Notes: a model not told the origin generated them from the letters alone. Counted from the stretch's first letter, positions 1 to 9,039 are shown. The stretch: DNA of 64,000 nucleotides from an uncultured Pseudomonadota bacterium (GCA_963843375.1 CAWJKT010000015.1:32001-96000); one strand, 5' to 3'. Numbers and translations are program-made.

Positions 1-1113
1 AATAGCGATATCATTGTTGATTGTAATTCCCCTCCTGCGACGATCCAAGGCTCAACTCTCCCCGGTCAATGGACGACACTCTTCATTAATCTTGCTGGCC
101 TAAATGCTCCCGTGAGTCAAGTGAATGTCATTATTCCATCTGGGGAAGCGGCTAATATGGCATCGGGGAACTATGTATATTTTGACAATCTTATCGAGTC
201 GAATAATTTGCCCTGTATTGTTCCGCCTACAAATACCTTTACCATGACCCCCACTAATAGCCCCACCTTCACAGAGACATCCACCCCAACGAATACCCCA
301 ACCATTACTTTTACGCCCACACTAACGCCGACTTTCACGCCGTCAGCTACCTCTACGCCGACCACTCCTTCCACTCCAACATTTACCCCCACCGCGACCC
401 CTTCCTTTACTCCGACATTAAGTCCGACGCCAACCCTTTCTTTGACGCCAACCAGTAGCACTACCGGTACTCCCACTCAAACCCAATCATTTACCGCCAC
501 TTCCACCGGAACAGCTCCACCCACACTTACCTTTACCCCTTCCCCAACGATAACCTTCACCCAAACATCCACCTTGACGTTGGTTCCTACCAATACCCCT
601 TTACCCACATCCACAAATACATTTACCTTTACGCCTTCCAATAGCCCAACCGCTACTTACACTCTTACACTTACGTTCACACCGACTATTACCTTTACCC
701 CCACCAATACCAATACGCCGACCATTACCAATACTCCTGGGCCAACTTCGACCTATACCCAAACCCCTTGTCCGATAGTGGTTTATCCCAATCCGATGGA
801 TTTCCAGCATGTTCCGGCTTATTCCAATAATTGTCCCAGTGGAACCGCTTGTATTAAATTTGATTGTGTTCCAGTCGGTTCGACGTTGAAAATTTATACT
901 GTTTCTCTAGGGCTCGTCCGAAACTTTACCGCGAACGAACCTTCCCCTATTTTCACCTTGGATTCGGGCCTGAATGTTGGCACCTTTCACTGGGATGGAA
1001 ATAATGGGGATGGAAATCCCGTTTCTTCCGGATTTTATCTTTATGTGGTTGAAGGTCCCGGTGGCAGGACTTTCGGTAAGTTTGCTATTTCACGTTCCTG
1101 GAACGGACCTTAA
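1..1113 (+). CDS. Secreted/surface protein, 5'-partial: Thr/Pro-rich linker plus C-terminal T9SS type A sorting / FlgD-Ig-like domain
   Basis: Frame is open from base 1. ~180 aa TPT/TFT linker, then VVYPNP...LKIYTVS...HWDG...SSGFYLY...GKFAI, a typical CTD-like signature. Followed directly by PorV-like genes. Confidence 0.75.
   Translation, partial: NSDIIVDCNSPPATIQGSTLPGQWTTLFINLAGLNAPVSQVNVIIPSGEAANMASGNYVYFDNLIESNNLPCIVPPTNTFTMTPTNSPTFTETSTPTNTPTITFTPTLTPTFTPSATSTPTTPSTPTFTPTATPSFTPTLSPTPTLSLTPTSSTTGTPTQTQSFTATSTGTAPPTLTFTPSPTITFTQTSTLTLVPTNTPLPTSTNTFTFTPSNSPTATYTLTLTFTPTITFTPTNTNTPTITNTPGPTSTYTQTPCPIVVYPNPMDFQHVPAYSNNCPSGTACIKFDCVPVGSTLKIYTVSLGLVRNFTANEPSPIFTLDSGLNVGTFHWDGNNGDGNPVSSGFYLYVVEGPGGRTFGKFAISRSWNGP
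220..768 (+). repeat. Low-complexity coding repeat encoding a (Thr-Pro-Thr-x)n linker
   Basis: Imperfect ACx-CCx codon repeats; protein reads PTNTFTMTPTNSPTFT...TYTQTP. Confidence 0.9.
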
Positions 1114-2084
1114 TGACCGAGGTTTTTTCCAAATGCATTGTCATAGTCACCCTTATGATATGGGGGCTAGTCTATGTACCTGCTTACTCCCAAACGGATA
1201 ACGGCGGTCGGGCGGCGTTTGATTTCCTGAAGATTTCGCCCATTTCCAGGGCTGTTGGGATGGGCGGTGCCTATACGGCCTTGGGTGATGATGTGGGTTC
1301 CATTTTTTACAACCCTGCAGGACTTGCCAGCGTATTGACCAATGAATTAAACGTGACTTATATTTCCCTTTACCAGAGTTTCAACTACGAATTTCTTGCT
1401 TATGCATATCCTTTGGGTGAGTCCCTTCCGTCCATCGGGGGAACCGTGGCTTTAAGTGCCAGCTTGCTTCAACCTGGAAATCAATCCCGAACCAATGATT
1501 CCGGCGTTACCACGGGTACATTTTCGAGCGGTGATCAGGTGTTTTCCCTGGCCTATGCAAGGGCCATTGGGGAACGGCTCCATGTAGGCCTTACCCTCAA
1601 CATGATCCAACAGCAGATTGATACAATCTCCAGTTCCATTTTTGACATGGATGCAGGAATCGTTGTTTTGCCTCCTTTTGACGGTATGCGTTTAGGTTTG
1701 TCCCTGAAAAATATCGGTTCCCAAGTGTCGGAGTTTGACCTTCCATTTACCTTGAACGCCGGGCTTTCCTACCGGCGATATGAGATTTTGAGCGAGCAGG
1801 ACGACGGCGCCTTGACGGCAGAAATATCCTTCCCTCTGGAGCCCATCGAGGACCCCGTAGGCGTAAAAGTGGGCGGTGAATACGATTTTAAGTGGGTTGG
1901 AAGCCGAGCAACCGTCCGGGCTGGCTATGAGTTTCTGGATACATCCCTGGATGGTGTCGGACTTGGCATCGGGGCAGGATATGGCTTGGATTTTGAGGGT
2001 ACGGTTCTTTTCCTGGATTATGCATATGCCCCGGCCGATATTTTTGGCGAAGCCCAACGTATCTCCATTACGACAAAATTTTAA
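1113..2084 (+). CDS. PorV/PorQ family outer-membrane beta-barrel protein
   Basis: Signal peptide, FLKISPISRAVGMGGAYTAL..D..SIFYNPAGL motif, C-terminal Phe (ISITTKF). Start overlaps the upstream stop. Confidence 0.8.
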   Translation: MTEVFSKCIVIVTLMIWGLVYVPAYSQTDNGGRAAFDFLKISPISRAVGMGGAYTALGDDVGSIFYNPAGLASVLTNELNVTYISLYQSFNYEFLAYAYPLGESLPSIGGTVALSASLLQPGNQSRTNDSGVTTGTFSSGDQVFSLAYARAIGERLHVGLTLNMIQQQIDTISSSIFDMDAGIVVLPPFDGMRLGLSLKNIGSQVSEFDLPFTLNAGLSYRRYEILSEQDDGALTAEISFPLEPIEDPVGVKVGGEYDFKWVGSRATVRAGYEFLDTSLDGVGLGIGAGYGLDFEGTVLFLDYAYAPADIFGEAQRISITTKF

Positions 2085-2104
2085 GTTTATTGAGAAGAGA
2101 ATAA

Positions 2105-3148
2105 ATGAATTCAACTCGTCTTATTCAAATATTCCGGATTTCACTTTTTTTCTTGGGCGTCATCGTTTTGGGTGATTCGGCGCGTTCCCAAACGGTGGGA
2201 ACGACCACAGCGGATATCTTAAAGATCAACGAAGGCGCCAGACCCGCGGCGATGGGGGGGGCCTACACGGCTATGGGGGACGATATATATTCCCTTAGTT
2301 ATAATCCCGCCGGATTAAGCTATTTAAAAGCATCCCAATTGGTGGTGGAGCATTTGGACAGCTTGGCCGGAATTGAATATGAGTATTTATCATTTGGCAC
2401 TGCGTTTGGCTCCAGCAACGTTTTGGCGTTTAATGCCACTTATCGTTCTCAGCCTCCCATTGACAACAATAATGGAAATCCGGCGGTTTATACGTACGAT
2501 CTCTTGCTCAGTCTTTCTTACGCCACGAAACTAGGAAGCAGTTTCCGGGCGGGAGCGACCTTTAAGTACCTTCAAAGCGAATTGGCGAATTATTCGGCTT
2601 CTGCGGTTGCTTTTGATCTGGGAGCGGTTCTGGACCATTTGCCGTTGGGTATCCGGGCCGGTGCCTCTGTCCAAAATGTCGGAACCGGAATGACCTTCAC
2701 CCCCGGGGGAAGCGGAGACGCCAACGGTGCGCCTTCTGAACCCCTTCCGCTTTTTTTGCGATTCGGGTTGGGGACACATCAGGTGATCGACAGTTACAAG
2801 GATTTGAATTTGGGCGTTGAATTGTTCTTGCCCTCCGATCAAGGCCTAAAGATGGGTCTCGGTGGGGAATATTGGGTTTTCCCGCAACTTTTCGTGATTC
2901 GAGCCGGCTACAAAATCGAAAATTTGGGTTCTCCCTATGGCGGAATTAATTCCGCCACAAACCAACCTTTCCCGGGCGTTTCAAACGCATTTCAGGATTA
3001 TACTTTGGGATGTAGCATTACCCGCGAGATCGATGGGGACGACTTCACCATTGATTTGGCATATGACCCTGCGGATTTCACTACGACCACGCAGGATACG
3101 TTCTTTTTCGCCCTTAACTTAAGGTTTAACCAACTGCGGATTTTTTAA
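2105..3148 (+). CDS. PorV/PorQ family outer-membrane beta-barrel protein (second paralog)
   Basis: Signal peptide, ILKINEGARPAAMGGAYTAMGDD..YNPAGL motif, C-terminal Phe. Confidence 0.8.
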   Translation: MNSTRLIQIFRISLFFLGVIVLGDSARSQTVGTTTADILKINEGARPAAMGGAYTAMGDDIYSLSYNPAGLSYLKASQLVVEHLDSLAGIEYEYLSFGTAFGSSNVLAFNATYRSQPPIDNNNGNPAVYTYDLLLSLSYATKLGSSFRAGATFKYLQSELANYSASAVAFDLGAVLDHLPLGIRAGASVQNVGTGMTFTPGGSGDANGAPSEPLPLFLRFGLGTHQVIDSYKDLNLGVELFLPSDQGLKMGLGGEYWVFPQLFVIRAGYKIENLGSPYGGINSATNQPFPGVSNAFQDYTLGCSITREIDGDDFTIDLAYDPADFTTTTQDTFFFALNLRFNQLRIF

Positions 3149-3187
3149 TATAGGCTCTCGTCTCTTCAATGTTCGCTTTTTCTATAA

Positions 3188-3216
3188 TTGACAAGCATTG
3201 TTAGCCCTGTTAATCT
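3188..3216 (+). promoter_or_regulatory. Sigma70-type promoter of tRNA-Phe
   Basis: TTGACA (3188-3193), 17 nt spacer, TAATCT (3211-3216) with upstream TG (extended -10). Confidence 0.65.
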
Positions 3217-3272
3217 TCAAGCCCTGCAAAAGATGTTGTTGGTTTTAACTCAAAACTTCACAATTCTCTGGA

Positions 3273-3348
<76 letters not shown>

Positions 3349-3421
3349 CTTTTAAACTACTGTTGCACCACTGAAAAGTATTTCAGCATCACAAAAATCA
3401 TTGTCCCTAGAGAATTTTAGA

Positions 3422-3466
3422 GCCTCCGGTCCAAAGGTTTTCTCGGGCGGAGGTTTTTTGTTTTTG
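3422..3466 (+). terminator. Rho-independent terminator downstream of tRNA-Phe
   Basis: CCTCCG (3423-3428) pairs with CGGAGG (3448-3453), followed by TTTTTTGTTTTT. Confidence 0.55.
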
Positions 3467-3816
3467 GCAGTCAGTGGCAGTTAAAGTCATCAAAAGTCCG
3501 AAAATGAACACTGCAAATGGCGCGTATATGACAAGTGAAATCCGATGCTTGTTTTTGAGCGGCGGTGAGTTACTCCGGTGCTCCACACCCTAATATTGCC
3601 TCCCTCGGTTCTATTGGGTGTAAATTAAGTTATGTCACTTTAAAAAGAGTAAAATCATATGAAATTATTATTCACTACGGGGACCCGTCGTGGACAGGTA
3701 AAGGTGGAGCGGAAGGCTCAATGGGTAAATTAGCTGTAAGAAACATAAACTCTACTGCGGAATTGAAGCGTGCAGTGATTAAGGGGTCTGGCTCCTTCAG
3801 TTTCTTGTGAAAAGGC

Positions 3817-5271
3817 TCATTGCGTGGGAGGGTCTTCTTTCAACAAAATTTGCTGGATGGCGTGCAATATTTTCTGGACCGCCTGCCTGCGATAATCCCA
3901 TCTTTGATCCCTGTCAGGCGGATTCACTACCATCGTCGCGTTAGCCTCAAATAAGAGGATATCCCCTTTATCATTGAGGCTAAAATCAACCCCTGCATAA
4001 TCAAGTCCCAAACTCGAACAAATTTTCCCCAATGCTTCAATCGCAGGTTTTCCAAGGACTTCCGGCATCTGGTTTAAAAATTTCAAATCCTCTTCACGGT
4101 TTTCAGGGTTTTCAGCCATTTCTGCGCTAAAAAAATGAATTTTCCAATCATGCGAAATAGCGGCGTGCAAGGGATACAATTTTCCATCGATCATCATGAC
4201 GCGGTATTTACGTATTTTTCCATCAGGGCTTCGGGCATCCAAATACTGAATGGCCAGAAGATTTTCCCCAGGAAGGTTCGGCAGGTGGTTTTTAAGCGCT
4301 TCCTCATTTTCAACATAAATGAAATGTCGGCCTTCATGAAATCCGGTCGAACGCAACAAGAAAGGGAAGGAAAAACCAAGTTCATTCAAATAACTCCCAA
4401 CCTGCGGGCTCATCAATGGGTCCCGTGAAACGAACGATGTTCGGGGCGTGATGACCCCTGGGATGGTCCCTAGTTTTTTGAGAATTTCCTGACGACCTGT
4501 TTGAATGACCCTGGATGGATGATTGATGACAATGGTTGAAGTTTTTTCCAATAGTTTAGCGGCGATTTCAAGGGCCGGACGGGAAAGGTCTGCGTCCCCA
4601 ATAGCATTCACCACCTTCTGATGGGGCGGTAAGGGTTGGTAAGGGTCAAAATACTCCACAAAAAGAACGGTGACTTGGAAGAGGTGGCTGTCAAAGTGGT
4701 GGCGAAGCCTGACCATGCCGCCCAAGGCCGATACAAGCAAAAGGACATTCACCGGCAAATCTTCCCCATTATAGGGCCAAATAAGGACCGGTTTTTGCCG
4801 GAAGGCCTTATCCCGGTATCGTTTGGCGTTCTGCTCATCCCTGGAGTCCGTCAACAAGTAGGCCATGCCTCGATTGGCGGCCCAATTTTCAGGATCAAGT
4901 CGAAGGGCGGCTTCGAAATTTAATCTTGCGTGTTCCTTTTCTTTAATTTGCGCCAGGACATTAGCGAGGTTGACATAACCGATGGGGTTCGAAGGATGTT
5001 TGATGACAGTGTCACGGTATATGGTAAGTGCCGCTGCTATAAAACCCGTCGCATAAAGCGTATTTCCAAATCGAGTTAAGGCCCCGAAATGGGTGGGCGC
5101 CTTTTTCAAAACCTCCCAAAATTCGCTTTTGGCTTCTTCCGTCCGTCCCAACTCGTCCAAAAGGCAAGCTCGTTGATAGCGCTCTTCGATCAAATCCGGA
5201 GAGGCAGCAAGTAACTTATTGATTTTTTCTAAAGCTTTAAGTTTTAAAAGGCGAGGGGGCCATTTATTCAT
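3817..5271 (-). CDS. N-terminal TPR plus C-terminal ATP-grasp (RimK-like) protein
   Basis: TPR-like helices in the first ~150 aa, then VINHP, FPFLLRS, IQYLD, RKYRV, LDYAGVDF and LLFEAN ATP-grasp motifs. Confidence 0.75.
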   Translation of the reverse strand: MNKWPPRLLKLKALEKINKLLAASPDLIEERYQRACLLDELGRTEEAKSEFWEVLKKAPTHFGALTRFGNTLYATGFIAAALTIYRDTVIKHPSNPIGYVNLANVLAQIKEKEHARLNFEAALRLDPENWAANRGMAYLLTDSRDEQNAKRYRDKAFRQKPVLIWPYNGEDLPVNVLLLVSALGGMVRLRHHFDSHLFQVTVLFVEYFDPYQPLPPHQKVVNAIGDADLSRPALEIAAKLLEKTSTIVINHPSRVIQTGRQEILKKLGTIPGVITPRTSFVSRDPLMSPQVGSYLNELGFSFPFLLRSTGFHEGRHFIYVENEEALKNHLPNLPGENLLAIQYLDARSPDGKIRKYRVMMIDGKLYPLHAAISHDWKIHFFSAEMAENPENREEDLKFLNQMPEVLGKPAIEALGKICSSLGLDYAGVDFSLNDKGDILLFEANATMVVNPPDRDQRWDYRRQAVQKILHAIQQILLKEDPPTQ

Positions 5272-5559
5272 TTGCCATACCTATGGTGAACCAGCAAACT
5301 CTTTACACGGGAATCCCCATTGGTCTCGCCCGTCTGTTGATGCCGGTAATCCGCTTTATAAGTCGCCATCTTTTCCCATCACTCGTCAATGTCGGCGATC
5401 AAGTTATCCTCCGCGTCATTCACGTAAACCCCCGCCGTGATATGCATGGCCGAAACAAAACCATGCCCTCCTTAATACCGCTTTTCTTGACGGTTTTTTC
5501 CACATCCAAGGTGATGTTGATATATTCCCTGAGATTCTTGGTATTAAACTACATTTCAT
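5268..5559 (-). pseudogene. yjbQ: YjbQ (UPF0047) family pseudogene
   Basis: Reverse strand reads [33 protein letters not shown] / [56 protein letters not shown]. It has a frameshift, in-frame stops and no C-terminus. Not in the ORF track. Confidence 0.8.
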
Positions 5560-5846
5560 GCCTTAATACCTTTATCCAACCTCCTTAACGCTCCCATATT
5601 ATCAGGAGAATAACCAAAAGAAATGGTCCCAAACGTCTTGAAATCGTCATGTTATAGTTCAAACATGTTTCCAAATATTCAAATGGCTCAAAATTATGGA
5701 GGTCTCCAGACCTTTGCGAGGGGTTGAAAGCTTGATGATGGGTGGGGAATAAATTTTAAAACCGCTTAATTTATGATAAGGCCTTCGCAAAATCGATGGA
5801 AATGGACATTTCCATCGAGCAACGGTATAAATTACCAGGGTGTGGT

Positions 5847-5895
5847 CTGAAAATCCGCCTGTCGGCAGTTCAATTCTACCCCTCGGTCCACTTTT
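5847..5895 (+). repeat. Degenerate direct repeat of the tRNA-Phe 3' half (att-like site)
   Basis: CTGAAAATCCGCcTGTCGGCAGTTCAATTCTaCCCCTCGGt-CCACTTTT versus 3304-3353: three substitutions and one indel. Confidence 0.9.
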
Positions 5896-6025
5896 CGCGA
5901 GAAGCTCAGATGATATTTAGAATTGATTGGAAAAATGTATATGGTTAAGCCCGCCTATTATCCATCAAGTGAAAAGTCGAAGATCATCACATTCTTTGGT
6001 GTTTTTGGCCGATCATAAGGATTTC

Positions 6026-7408
6026 ATGAACCCAATTTTCTCTGACATATTTAAGTTATGTGATATCCGCGGCGTTTATCCCAAATCATTGGGAAATCCC
6101 CAGGCAGAACAAATTGGTTTGGCGGTTGGAACGCTGGTTAAGGAAGAATATCATCGAAATATAAAGGTGGTAGTGGGTCATGATAACCGCCATTCAAGTA
6201 GTTCCCTAAATCGATTCCTGGTTCAGGGTCTGCGGAATACTGGTTTGAAAATCGTGGATGCCGGGTTGGTCTCATCCCCTCTGTTGGCATATGCCTCCCG
6301 GTTTTCTGGGGCTTCGGTGGGTGTCATGATTACGGCTTCCCATAAGTCTCCCGAATACAACGGGTTCAAGTTTTTTATCCAAGGCGTTCCTGTTCCGTTG
6401 ACCTGGATGGAGCGGCTTTACTCCGTTTTGAAGAGTCAAATATTTCGAAAAGGCGCCGGTGTAGTTGAAAAAAAGAGTTTTTACGCTGATTATCGCAATG
6501 CGCTGGTTAATACCGTGGCCCAAAATTTCCAAGGTCTCAAGATAGCGGTTGATTTGGGCAATGGAACTGCTTCCCTCACGGTTCCTATGGTGTTGGAAGC
6601 CCTTCATTGCGAAGTGGATTTACTGAACGCTGAAATCGACGGGGATTATCCGGGAAGAGGGGCAGACAGCTCCCAGCCTATGGGTTTAAGTGTTTTGGGT
6701 GAAAGAGTTCGAAAAACAAAGGCCCAATTGGGAGTGGCTTTTGACTGTGACGGAGACCGTATCAATTTTGTGGACGAAAAGGGTCGTGTAGTTCCCAATG
6801 ATCTCGTACTTTGTCTTTTTGCAACCGACCTTTTAAAACGACAAAAAAGTGGAAGTGTGGTTTACGATGGAAAATGCTCGGATTTGGTTGAAAAGACGGT
6901 CCGCGATTTGGGCGGGATCCCCTTGTTGGAAAAGACCGGATATTCCTTTATTTTTAATCGGATGAAAAAGGATAAATCCATTTTAGGGGGGGAGGCCAGC
7001 GGGCATTTTTTCCTGCCAGGTTCTTTTCCAGGGGACGCCCTTTATGCGTGCTTATGTCTACTGGATTTATTAAAAGGTAACCCAAAAACCTTTTCTTCAC
7101 TTTGTGGTCATTTTCCTATATTTGTCTCAACTCATGAGGTGAAGCTGGAACTGTCGACGGAAATGATCCCCCCTTTATATGAGGCGTTGAGAACCCGCGC
7201 GCTGGAAAAGGGGGCCAAAGTTTCCACCCTTGACGGAGTGCGTGCCTCTTTTGCTGATGGATGGGGAATTGTCCAGAATCCAACTAACGAGTCCTTTCTT
7301 TCGTGCCGTTTTGAAGGCGCGACTACGGGCAAACTAACCCAACTCATTAAAGAATGGTTTGTCGATTATCCGGATTTGGGCCAAGAGATTCTAAAAAAAA
7401 TGAAATGA
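6026..7408 (+). CDS. Phosphomannomutase/phosphoglucomutase family protein
   Basis: DIRG, ITASH (phosphoserine), DCDGDR metal loop, GEASGH. ATG 6026 follows AAGGA. Confidence 0.85.
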   Translation: MNPIFSDIFKLCDIRGVYPKSLGNPQAEQIGLAVGTLVKEEYHRNIKVVVGHDNRHSSSSLNRFLVQGLRNTGLKIVDAGLVSSPLLAYASRFSGASVGVMITASHKSPEYNGFKFFIQGVPVPLTWMERLYSVLKSQIFRKGAGVVEKKSFYADYRNALVNTVAQNFQGLKIAVDLGNGTASLTVPMVLEALHCEVDLLNAEIDGDYPGRGADSSQPMGLSVLGERVRKTKAQLGVAFDCDGDRINFVDEKGRVVPNDLVLCLFATDLLKRQKSGSVVYDGKCSDLVEKTVRDLGGIPLLEKTGYSFIFNRMKKDKSILGGEASGHFFLPGSFPGDALYACLCLLDLLKGNPKTFSSLCGHFPIFVSTHEVKLELSTEMIPPLYEALRTRALEKGAKVSTLDGVRASFADGWGIVQNPTNESFLSCRFEGATTGKLTQLIKEWFVDYPDLGQEILKKMK

Positions 7409-7437
7409 CATTTTGTCGATAAAATGGCAAGGTTCCA

Positions 7438-7857
7438 ATGATTTACTGCGTTTTTGTAGGTCCCTTTAAGGATAACCGTCTCGAGCAAATGACGGGGGAG
7501 TTTCACCAACAGCTTGAACGTCTTTGGCCGGTAAGGATTTTAGAGTTGGTCGAAAAAGATAAGGAAATCCTCAAGTTTATCCATGAGAAAAACAAAAAGG
7601 CTTTACTGGTTTCATTAGATGCCCATGGCAATTCAATGGATTCGGCTTCTTTCGGCGGTTGGGTAACGAAATCTTCTCAGGATATTTATTTTTTTGGCTG
7701 GGGGGCGGATGGCCCGCCCCAGGGGCTTACGCGAACAGATTTTAGAAGCATGAGTTTATCGCCGATGACTTATTCCCACGAGATAGCACGCATGCTTTTG
7801 ATGGAACAACTTTTCCGGGCTGGCGCCGCCTTGCGGGGCCATCCCTACCCCCGGTGA
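7438..7857 (+). CDS. rlmH: 23S rRNA pseudouridine-1915 N3-methyltransferase RlmH-like (SPOUT)
   Basis: LD..G..MDS, G.ADG, SLSPMTYSHEIARMLLMEQLFRA..GHPY motifs. Confidence 0.85.
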   Translation: MIYCVFVGPFKDNRLEQMTGEFHQQLERLWPVRILELVEKDKEILKFIHEKNKKALLVSLDAHGNSMDSASFGGWVTKSSQDIYFFGWGADGPPQGLTRTDFRSMSLSPMTYSHEIARMLLMEQLFRAGAALRGHPYPR

Positions 7858-8017
7858 ACCGGGAATAAGCTGTCCAACCCATGTCAAAAGGGATAAAAGG
7901 AATAAATCAAGGTTATTGCGACTAAAATGAACTGCAACCAGCCGCATGTTCCAGCCGTCTTAAAGTAAACAGAAGAGAAGTTGATTGTCTGAAGCATTGA
8001 TAAACTGGGGGAAAAGA

Positions 8018-8824
8018 ATGAAACAAAAATTATTTTTAAAAATTTGTTCTATTGCCTTGATGGGATTTTTTTTAACCTTGTACGGGCCTTTTAAGGCTAT
8101 TTCACAGACTGACGACCAGACCGCCTCAGCGGCGCGGGTGGAATATGTTGTGGAAGATATCCAGGGAACCGTCCAAGTCCTGGAAGACGGCACTAAAGAT
8201 TGGGAGACCGCGCAAGAGGGTCAGGTCGTCGAAACGGGCGATGAAATTAAGGTGGGTGACAACAGCGAAGCCACCCTGACTATGCAATCCGATACTTCGG
8301 TTCATTTGAGCGCCGATACGGACATGAAAGTCGAGCAAATCGAAACCAATCAAACGAACGGTTTTTTAAGCCGTCTTCAAGTTTTTGCGGGCAGCCTCCT
8401 GGCCGATGTTAAAAAACACCTTGGAGATAGCCATTCGACATTTGAGATTGAATCCAACGGAGTTGTTTGCGGGGTCCGGGGAACGGCTTTCGAAGTCACT
8501 GCCACAGGCGATACAGCTGATGTTGCAACCCACGAGGGATCGGTTGCCGTAGGAAACGGAACCGAGTCGCATATGGTAGAGGCGGGCAATTTTTCATCTT
8601 TTCAAAGGGGCCATTTCATAGGCCAACGCCGATTGAACCGGTCGGAAATCAACAGATTTCAAAAGTGGAGAGCTTACCGCGAAATGGTTCGAAAAAAGCG
8701 TCTTAATCGCCTCGCTGATATTCGCGCCCACCGCAGGACGCCTTGGAAACGGCACCACCCACATTTGAGGCGGGCTTTCAACCGTCGTAGGGTGCAGGAA
8801 AAACGTCATAGGAACCAAGACTAA
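8018..8824 (+). CDS. FecR-domain exported protein with an Arg-rich C-terminal tail
   Basis: Signal/TM segment, GDEIKVGDNSEATL, VCGVRGTAFEV and EGSV FecR motifs. Confidence 0.75.
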   Translation: MKQKLFLKICSIALMGFFLTLYGPFKAISQTDDQTASAARVEYVVEDIQGTVQVLEDGTKDWETAQEGQVVETGDEIKVGDNSEATLTMQSDTSVHLSADTDMKVEQIETNQTNGFLSRLQVFAGSLLADVKKHLGDSHSTFEIESNGVVCGVRGTAFEVTATGDTADVATHEGSVAVGNGTESHMVEAGNFSSFQRGHFIGQRRLNRSEINRFQKWRAYREMVRKKRLNRLADIRAHRRTPWKRHHPHLRRAFNRRRVQEKRHRNQD

Positions 8825-8871
8825 GGGCTTGGAATAGAAGCTTTTGACCGGTTAAAATAGTTGAACTTCAT

Positions 8872-8907
8872 AAGAGAGAGGGAGTGACCCCTCTCTCTTT
8901 GTTTTTT
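8872..8907 (+). terminator. Rho-independent terminator
   Basis: Perfect 11 bp stem AAGAGAGAGGG/CCCTCTCTCTT followed by TGTTTTTT. Confidence 0.85.
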
Positions 8908-9039
8908 ATCCGCCCTGCTTTGGAACATTCCACGTTTTAATTTGGAAAGCCGCAGGAATCGTCTTTTAGTTGAAAATAGAAAACTAAAAGACGGTTAATT
9001 CTATTTCGCGTGTCGGTAAAGAAAATTGACGGGAGTCCA

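Larger units (their letters stand above)
3349..5895. mobile_element. Decayed genomic islet integrated at tRNA-Phe (no integrase left)
   Basis: Bounded by the tRNA 3' half (3304-3353) and a degenerate direct repeat of it (5847-5895). Contents are on the opposite strand to the flanks and include a pseudogene. Confidence 0.65.

Noticed and set aside
171..476. Reverse-strand Val/Gly-repeat ORF
   Set aside because: Antisense shadow of the Thr/Pro linker codons.
220..768. Repeats as a possible CRISPR array or DNA tandem repeat
   Set aside because: Imperfect and codon-level, with no constant repeat-spacer period. No cas genes in the window.
3415..3460. GCCTCCGGTC resembling part of a c-di-GMP-I riboswitch
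   Set aside because: The upstream GCAAA/GNRA tetraloop elements are absent; a terminator hairpin with a U-tract explains it.
3565..3810. 81 aa ORF as a possible integrase remnant or ATP-grasp precursor peptide
   Set aside because: No recognisable integrase R-H-R-H-Y motifs, RBS or precursor pattern on either strand.
5283..5588. 101 aa + strand ORF
   Set aside because: Antisense shadow of the yjbQ pseudogene.
5842..5895. Second functional tRNA-Phe
   Set aside because: The 5' half (acceptor strand and D-arm) is missing and stems are mismatched.
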